Below are positions 57,644 to 64,000 of a stretch of DNA of 64,000 nucleotides, in pieces. Each line of letters begins with the position of its first letter. Within the stretch, counting starts at the first letter, position 1. Under the pieces are notes generated by a model, which saw nothing but the letters and a program-made list of their open reading frames with translations, had not been told where the DNA came from and did not search any database. The position numbers were made by a program, and so were the translations under genes. Origin of the DNA: a virus (Duplodnaviria > Caudoviricetes); IMG/VR virus record IMGVR_UViG_3300033493_000001, positions 1,756 through 65,755 of that record, one strand, 5' to 3'.

Positions 57644-58950
57644 TAGCGGCGACTCCATTCGAACCCGAAGGTGGTTACGATGTATTCATCCACGGTCGCC
57701 AGCGTGCTTCGCGTACGGATTTGGCGCGACGTATTCGTTAGAATGCGGATATTGCAGAGCGAGTAGGAGCCGGGAGTTACGCTGCTGATCGTGAATGGTC
57801 CGCTCGCCCCCGGCGCCGTGTCGGTTGTATCCGGATCGCTGATCAGCTCGGTGTGCGCATCGGTAGCGTCATACGTTCTTGCTACGGATATCGGCCGGAC
57901 TTTTATTCCAGTAGGAACGGAAAGAGCATCGGTTCTTGCGGCGGTAGTAAGCGTGTTCGCCAAACTCACGTCTACAACCGGCACTTTCCATTGGTAATTA
58001 AGGCCGCCTCCGGGCAATTCCGTCGCGACGAATCCTAGGATATTGCTGCCTCCGTCCGTCTTCACCCATCCAATATGCCGGAACTTCGTGTACCCGGCGG
58101 GCATCGTTGGAGCGGTTCGGCTCAGCGAAAACAGGTAATCGACTGAGTTGTCGGAATCCTTCAGGATGGCGTGAATGTAGTATTCCGTCGAACTCGCCTT
58201 TGCTCCGGTGTCTAGCCCGCCCTGATTCGTCCCAGCCGCCCACGCCGCATCAAGCCGCTTCGTCAACGCCGAGCCGACGAGAATGGATGCGTTCGTCGAG
58301 TCGATGCACTCGCCCGCGGCGATGTCGATATCGTTGTTCGCATCCCCGGCATTGTTGGACGCAATAAGGCCGCTGATGTAGGCGTGCCCGGAAGCTACAA
58401 TCAGAATCCTCTGAGCGGCCGCGGTGGCCGCCGCCAGGAATGATCTGCCGACCGACGTTATCGCCCCTTCTGCCCACGTATCGGCGGCCGTGGTGTATGC
58501 GTATTTGTCGGCCGCGGTTCCAAGAAGCGCGATGCTCGTCAGCGTGGCATCGAGAGGCTGCGAATTGGCCGATATGCCCTTCGTGTTGCCGCTCGAATCC
58601 AGCGTTGCCCATCCATTGCCGTGCGTGTAGATGAGCTGATCGCCAACGGCAAGCGTTGCTGTGATGATGACATAGAGCGTCGTGTTGTCGTTGTAGCGAA
58701 TCGTTACCGTGGCCGCTGCGGTATCGCTGTTTCTGACTGATACGTAATCGACATCGCGAACCGTGCTTGCGGCCGGAGCTGTTGCAATTGTTACGGCCGT
58801 CGCGCTGTTGGTGTTCGTAAGCTTAGAGGCGCCAGTGTAGGCGGATGATGTCTTGTCCGAATAGCTAACCGTGACCGGGAGCTGATTCGTAGAGACAGCA
58901 CCACCTAGAATCGCCTCCAAAGAGCGAGTTGTTGTGTCTAACCGGATCAT
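57643..58950 (-). CDS. Tail fibre protein
   Basis: SQPLDATLTSIA..TAADK.AYTT..TSVGRSFLAA; variable C-terminal domain. Confidence 0.8.
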   Translation of the reverse strand: MIRLDTTTRSLEAILGGAVSTNQLPVTVSYSDKTSSAYTGASKLTNTNSATAVTIATAPAASTVRDVDYVSVRNSDTAAATVTIRYNDNTTLYVIITATLAVGDQLIYTHGNGWATLDSSGNTKGISANSQPLDATLTSIALLGTAADKYAYTTAADTWAEGAITSVGRSFLAAATAAAQRILIVASGHAYISGLIASNNAGDANNDIDIAAGECIDSTNASILVGSALTKRLDAAWAAGTNQGGLDTGAKASSTEYYIHAILKDSDNSVDYLFSLSRTAPTMPAGYTKFRHIGWVKTDGGSNILGFVATELPGGGLNYQWKVPVVDVSLANTLTTAARTDALSVPTGIKVRPISVARTYDATDAHTELISDPDTTDTAPGASGPFTISSVTPGSYSLCNIRILTNTSRQIRTRSTLATVDEYIVTTFGFEWSRR

Positions 58951-58953
58951 GAT

Positions 58954-61398
58954 TCACCCATGCGCTGCGGCAAACGCCCACAGATTTGATTGAATGTCCG
59001 CTCTTTCCGCTGAAGTGTTGTGGTAATACTCGCCCGTCGTACCACCTTGGATACCTGACAATCCGTTGTGCTGGGTGGCAGCTGATGCGACGAACGATTG
59101 GAGGAATGCGCTATCGACCGAGCTGAACGCTGCAGCGCTTTTCTCGATGATTACTCTTCCGATGACAACGCCGACGCCCTGCAATGCCGGCGGAGGAGTC
59201 GGAACAGTAGCGACTTTTGCATCGGCGATATTCGCGTAATCGCCCTGCCCATACTGAACAGCTAGAACGGTTGGGTTGTCGAGGATGAGATAGACCCAGT
59301 GGACGCCGAACTTGTTGTTGCTGAGAGTCGCAATAACGCCGGTCCCGTTATCCCATTGCGTGTTATTTATTTGCGTTTGCGCGGTAACTTTCGTCCATCC
59401 GCCTGCACCGTCCTGGTAGTAGTAAATGAACGTGTCGGTTGCGGATGTATCAAACGCTGAATGCTCTATTTTCGCCAGTCCGTAATAGAACGCCCCGGCC
59501 GAAACGGTGATATTTCTCGTCCCCGCCGAACCAAGTACGCACCCGCCGAGAACATGGCGGAACGTTTCGCATTCCAGAAGCGTCCGCCGATGCTTCCTGT
59601 TGAAATCGACGTTCTGACTACGCGCATCGACCCAATAGAGCTGAGTTCCCTCGCGCGCCACTGTGTACATGATGCACTTGGTCAAACAGTTGAAATCGGT
59701 TACCGACGTGCTTGCCGTGACTACCGGAGCGCCTGCGTTATAGTCCAGGTAGACGTAATTGACCGAGTTGTCGGTTAGCGAAACGGAAGCATCGGCCGCA
59801 ATTTCGCAGATGACGAGGTGTCCGTGTTCGTCATCTGTCGAACGGAGTGCGGCCGTCCCTGATGCCGTCCCTATCGTCCCATCGCCGTTGTCGGTCAGCG
59901 CGAATCCATGTATAGCTCCCGCCGACCACACGTGACCAATCAGATGTTCCAGGTCAGTCGGGTCGGTTGGCGTGCCGATGATATGCGAGGCGGGATAGGG
60001 AACGTCTGACGCATCGTCACCGGCCGCGAGGACTCCGAATGTCGCCGGAGCGCTTCCATGTTGCGCTGCATCGAAGTGGTAGAACTCTCCCGCCGCCCCG
60101 CCCTGAAGCCCGCCCATCGTGTTGTGGATGGTCGGAACGACAAGTTCGAAATTCGAATCGAAAGCGTTTTGGAGCGACGTGAAAACGGCGGCGCTTTTCT
60201 TGATGATGATGCGAGCAATGAGGCGCCCTGTTGCCGTTATGCGAGGAGGCCTGTCCGGCTCGGATTCCGCTTCCGCGTCCGCTTCTAAGACATGATCGCC
60301 TCGCCCATAGACGACGATGACATCATCGTCCGTCTCCAGGTACACCCATCGCGTTACGTAGTGATTCGCAGTAAGAGCCGCGAGCGTTCCGGTCCCGTCG
60401 TCGTAGTAGGTGTTGTCGATTTGCGTCTGCGCGGCTTGCTCTGTCCATCCTCCGAGACCGTCTTGATAGGCGCCTATGAACGTTCCTGCGGCGGACGAAT
60501 CAAAGGCGGCCGTAGTGAAATAATTGGTGCATTCCCACCATTGCCCGGCAGTGATGGCAATGTTGCGCGTTCCAGTCTCTGATGCTATGCCGCCATCGAC
60601 TCGGGTAAATGGCATCGTATCGACGAGGCGGAGCGAGACCCGGCGAAGATTGTCGTTCGCCCTGGCGATGAAATTGTTGTTGATGTGTACCGTTGTTCCG
60701 TCGCGGTAGACGGTTCCGATGATGACGTTTGTGTTTGTGTCCGTCCGCTTTGTCGTTGTTACGATGTACTGCGGAACCCCGGCGTTGTATTCGGCGTAGA
60801 TGTAGTTGTGAGCGCCATCGACAGGAGCTATGCCAGCCCCCAACGGGACCATGAACAGTTGCAGTTCACCTGAATCACTGTTCGTCGTACGAAGCAGGAT
60901 GTTCGATGCGGCTACATTGACCATTCCGGCGCCGGCATCTGAAATCAGCGAGCCCGGGCCGACGATTCCCGTCGATAGCTGCGTGTTGACCAGGTCTTCG
61001 AGCGTGCTGTAGTCCGATGCCGGATCGCCATTGGCCAGTATTTGCGCGACCGTGTGAACGGTTGCCACAGACGCTTCGTGTGCCGCTACAGCGGACGCCG
61101 CCGTTCCTGCCGGGTCATATACGCCCGTGTGAAGATGGTCGCCGGCCGCTACTGTCCCTGAGCCTGTACCGACGTTTTTATAGGCCGCATTGCCGAGGGT
61201 TCCGCTAGGGGTCGGTGATGACGTCGTCGGCGTTGTGGTGATGCCGACTTCCGCTAGGCGGTCCTCAGTGACGAATTTCTCCCCGGGCCGTCCTCTTCGG
61301 CCTAACCCTATTTCGAACGCTTCCTTGATGGCCGAGAGGAGTTTGAATAGGCCCCTTGGTGAATCGCTCGGGACCTCTGGGATCGGCGGGGATGACAT
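58954..61398 (-). CDS. Tail fibre/spike protein with tandem duplicated domain
   Basis: Two copies of GTRNI..AG..FD.S..YQDG.GGWT..QTQI.N..D.GTG..GGLQGG..GE.YH. Confidence 0.75.
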   Translation of the reverse strand: MSSPPIPEVPSDSPRGLFKLLSAIKEAFEIGLGRRGRPGEKFVTEDRLAEVGITTTPTTSSPTPSGTLGNAAYKNVGTGSGTVAAGDHLHTGVYDPAGTAASAVAAHEASVATVHTVAQILANGDPASDYSTLEDLVNTQLSTGIVGPGSLISDAGAGMVNVAASNILLRTTNSDSGELQLFMVPLGAGIAPVDGAHNYIYAEYNAGVPQYIVTTTKRTDTNTNVIIGTVYRDGTTVHINNNFIARANDNLRRVSLRLVDTMPFTRVDGGIASETGTRNIAITAGQWWECTNYFTTAAFDSSAAGTFIGAYQDGLGGWTEQAAQTQIDNTYYDDGTGTLAALTANHYVTRWVYLETDDDVIVVYGRGDHVLEADAEAESEPDRPPRITATGRLIARIIIKKSAAVFTSLQNAFDSNFELVVPTIHNTMGGLQGGAAGEFYHFDAAQHGSAPATFGVLAAGDDASDVPYPASHIIGTPTDPTDLEHLIGHVWSAGAIHGFALTDNGDGTIGTASGTAALRSTDDEHGHLVICEIAADASVSLTDNSVNYVYLDYNAGAPVVTASTSVTDFNCLTKCIMYTVAREGTQLYWVDARSQNVDFNRKHRRTLLECETFRHVLGGCVLGSAGTRNITVSAGAFYYGLAKIEHSAFDTSATDTFIYYYQDGAGGWTKVTAQTQINNTQWDNGTGVIATLSNNKFGVHWVYLILDNPTVLAVQYGQGDYANIADAKVATVPTPPPALQGVGVVIGRVIIEKSAAAFSSVDSAFLQSFVASAATQHNGLSGIQGGTTGEYYHNTSAERADIQSNLWAFAAAHG

Positions 61399-62753
61399 TA
61401 GCCGACTTCCTCGGTATCAAAGCGGCAGATAACGTGAATCGTCTTGCCAATTTCCCCTGTAAATTGCGCTTCTACGCTTCCTCGCGTGGTGTTCGCGACA
61501 ATATCCACATCCCACGCCGCCGCGCCCGCGCTCGCCCAGCTGGTTGTTTTCGTTGGCGTTCCTATAAGCGCCGTGGCTGCCGCATTAGCTCCGCGAGCCA
61601 CAAGACCCTCAAACGTCCACCGCTTGGCGTCTCCATTGCTTATGTCGCGAGCAGTGACTTTTACAGTAAATCCATAGGCATGATTATCTGGCAGTACCGG
61701 GACGGTCGTTGTTGTCGCTGAGCTTCCGTTTCCGGTGAGTATCGTCGGCGTCGCGTCGGTTGTTACATTGCTGAGGGCATGCGTTCCTAACTGGCAGTCA
61801 CCAAATGCGGAGAAATATGTCGCGGCATAGACCCTTTTCCCATCGCAAGCCCTGTCTAGACACCGATTTCCCGTTGCTTCCGAATAGCTTCCGCCAGCAG
61901 CACAAAATAGTCCTCTCGCATACGAATATTGCCCTGCGGCAGACGAACTCTGACCGAACGTTACCGAACGCGTCCCCGAGCATGTGTTTCCTGTTCCTGC
62001 GGAAAAACCATAATCTCCGGTACAGCTATTTATTACGCCAAAACTTACTGCGCCCGTCCCTGATACTGTATTTTGTCGGCCGCTTGCAAACGAATATGAT
62101 CCGCTTGCCACTTGCGCGGCGCTCGTTCTCGACGTTTGCAGATCTACCGAATATGCTCCGCGCTTATTACCGCCTGTCGCCGTACCGTCAGCGATTTGCG
62201 CAGAAATCGCACCGCTCCCCTTCGGCGCAAAAACGGCGTCGATGTTCGTCTCCGCTCCGAGCGCCGTAAGGGCATGCACAGGAACCGTCGCATTAGGCGC
62301 TGTTACGGTGCGAGACTCGGTGAAATACGACAATCCAGTGATGTACCCAGCCGCCGAATGTGGATCCCCCGCATTCGCGATATGCGCCGCCAGTGCCGCC
62401 GATTCCGCAGCGCCAGTGCTCCCGCTCGTCGTCCCTCGGCAATCTTCGGAAATGTCTTCGAGATTGCAGTTAGAGTTAGGCACGAATGCGCAGACGTTAA
62501 GGATTTGCTTCTTCGTCGTCGGATGCCACGCGCGGAACTTGTAGTACGTGGTGACGGTCGTGTTCAGCGCGTTAGGCCAGACGGCCAGGACAACTTGCCC
62601 AAGCGCGTCAGTCGTCCCGGTAACTTCGCTCGATTCCGGCGCGATGAAGTCAGTCAGCGATTCCGGAAAGAACAACTTTGCAGAAACGCGGGCGCCGACA
62701 ACAGCATCAAGCGAGGCGTCTTGCAGGGTGACGGTGACATTTACGGTGGTCAT
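61398..62753 (-). CDS. Tail spike with YadA/Hep-Hag-like repeats
   Basis: SGSYSFASG, SGTGAVSFG, TGDYGFSAG and similar repeats. Confidence 0.75.
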   Translation of the reverse strand: MTTVNVTVTLQDASLDAVVGARVSAKLFFPESLTDFIAPESSEVTGTTDALGQVVLAVWPNALNTTVTTYYKFRAWHPTTKKQILNVCAFVPNSNCNLEDISEDCRGTTSGSTGAAESAALAAHIANAGDPHSAAGYITGLSYFTESRTVTAPNATVPVHALTALGAETNIDAVFAPKGSGAISAQIADGTATGGNKRGAYSVDLQTSRTSAAQVASGSYSFASGRQNTVSGTGAVSFGVINSCTGDYGFSAGTGNTCSGTRSVTFGQSSSAAGQYSYARGLFCAAGGSYSEATGNRCLDRACDGKRVYAATYFSAFGDCQLGTHALSNVTTDATPTILTGNGSSATTTTVPVLPDNHAYGFTVKVTARDISNGDAKRWTFEGLVARGANAAATALIGTPTKTTSWASAGAAAWDVDIVANTTRGSVEAQFTGEIGKTIHVICRFDTEEVG

Positions 62754-62818
62754 AGGAACCTACTGGCAATAGGAGTCCGCCCCGGCCGGTTGGTCGGGGT
62801 GACAGTTAAAACGCGGAA

Positions 62819-63448
62819 TCAATACGCCGTCGGGATAACGGACGTCGTGCGTTCGCCGAATCCGTTCATCACACGAACGCGAGCCTTACGCTTTGCGGTC
62901 TCAAACATGCCTCGGTAATACTCGGCACCTTCTCGGTCGGTCCATGATTTACCAGGAGCAGACTTCAGCCTTGCCAGCGCGCCCGCCGAGATGCCCTCTC
63001 GCCATTGGTCCAGGATGTCGCTACAGGTGGTAGCCGTCATCGTTGGCTTGAGTGCCGCTCGCAGATAGACGGGAGTCGTATCGTCCGCGGTCGGAATTGG
63101 CGATACGAAAAGCGTGTTCCATTCCTGGATCAGGTAGGACACGCCTGTTCCCGTATCGGTGCGCCAGGTGATGAGGACGCGATCCATTTCCTCGGGTGTG
63201 TAAATTGGCGTTATCTGTGAATCGTCGTAGCGGGCAGACAACACGACAACCAGTTCCGCATCGGGAGGAACGTCGATGTCATATTGCGGGATGTCATCAA
63301 TCAGCGATATCCCGTCAAGGTCCGCCTGCCATGCGCGTGTACGCTCGCAGAATTCGCGGAGCGTATGACGCAGAGCATTGAGCGCAACCGCTTCCGGGCA
63401 CCCCGGCGCTTCGAGGTAGATTTCTGGGAGGAATTCCGAAATGTTCAC
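62819..63448 (-). CDS. Head-tail adaptor/tail tubular protein A-like
   Basis: GTG start; FLPEI..PGCPE..REFCERTRAW..GALARL. Confidence 0.7.
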   Translation of the reverse strand: MNISEFLPEIYLEAPGCPEAVALNALRHTLREFCERTRAWQADLDGISLIDDIPQYDIDVPPDAELVVVLSARYDDSQITPIYTPEEMDRVLITWRTDTGTGVSYLIQEWNTLFVSPIPTADDTTPVYLRAALKPTMTATTCSDILDQWREGISAGALARLKSAPGKSWTDREGAEYYRGMFETAKRKARVRVMNGFGERTTSVIPTAY

Positions 63449-64000
63449 GCCATCATCTCCCAAAAGCGCTTGAAGCACGTTTCAGATCGCAACACGCTTC
63501 CCTCCTCCGTTTCCTCTCCGTAGGACCTTCCGAGGATCCATTCCACAATCGCCGCTTCATGGTCTGCGGAAACCGGGAGCGTGTCGCTCGATGCGGTGAG
63601 CGTCGTCGGCTCGGGCGTGTATTCCTCCTCGACGTAGACCGCTGTTGTTCCATGCACCGGAGGATTGACCAAGAACGTCGGCTCGAACGGTGATACCTGC
63701 GTCCATTCCTTGATGGTCGTGCTCGGCGTTGTCATCCAGTTGGCTGTGAATGCGTCAAGCGCCTCCCTATCGACCGGACCACGGATAACGGCGCCCGCGG
63801 TCGTCCCGTCGCTTCCCATGTTCCGTTTTGGGCCAAAGTAGGCGATGCACCCGGTGGGGACGGATTGTGACGACAGCGCGGCCGTGAGCTGCCGAGTTGC
63901 CCGCGTTCTGTGTTGCTCAGGCTTTGCGGAGACAATCTTTCGGATCGCCTCGTTGCAGTAATCGAGCAACACGGCCGCGGTCCAGCGTGTCGCTCCCGTG
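63445..64000 (-). CDS. Head-tail connector-type structural protein, 5' end outside the window
   Basis: RWTAAVLLDYCNEAIRKIV..F.V.PP..; open to the window edge. Confidence 0.65.
   Translation of the reverse strand, partial: TGATRWTAAVLLDYCNEAIRKIVSAKPEQHRTRATRQLTAALSSQSVPTGCIAYFGPKRNMGSDGTTAGAVIRGPVDREALDAFTANWMTTPSTTIKEWTQVSPFEPTFLVNPPVHGTTAVYVEEEYTPEPTTLTASSDTLPVSADHEAAIVEWILGRSYGEETEEGSVLRSETCFKRFWEMMA

Noticed and set aside
1-64000. CRISPR array, DGR or retron
   Set aside because: No regularly spaced repeat-spacer array, no reverse transcriptase and no TR/VR pair seen

Overview
Nearly complete, circularly permuted genome of a temperate short-tailed dsDNA phage. Head genes run off the left edge and head-tail/tail genes run off the right edge, both on the - strand. 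An intact attP (3' half of tRNA-Leu(TAA) with arm repeats on both sides) sits mid-window next to xis/int with phage genes on both sides, so this looks like the free or excised form. Layout: capsid/scaffold/GroES/portal, terminase, lysis, DNA methylase and tRNA(CAT), Q-like late control, nin region, O/P-like replication, cro/cI switch with 20-bp operators, RecT-like plus YqaJ recombination, CsrA, xis/int/attP, HD hydrolase, nuclease, Arc/Arc/antirepressor, HicBA-like pair, ejection proteins, Rha and several tail fibres. Main unexplained signal: integron-type recombination sites in both early operons. Two near-canonical attC sites, one decayed attC and several related attI-like sites bracket single genes, which always lie antisense to the attC top strand, and no IntI is encoded in the window. 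Second signal: a structured non-coding region of about 480 nt between terminase and portal, holding a complete hammerhead ribozyme core and a CCA-ended tRNA-like element. All calls are by eye from the sequence; no database searches were run.
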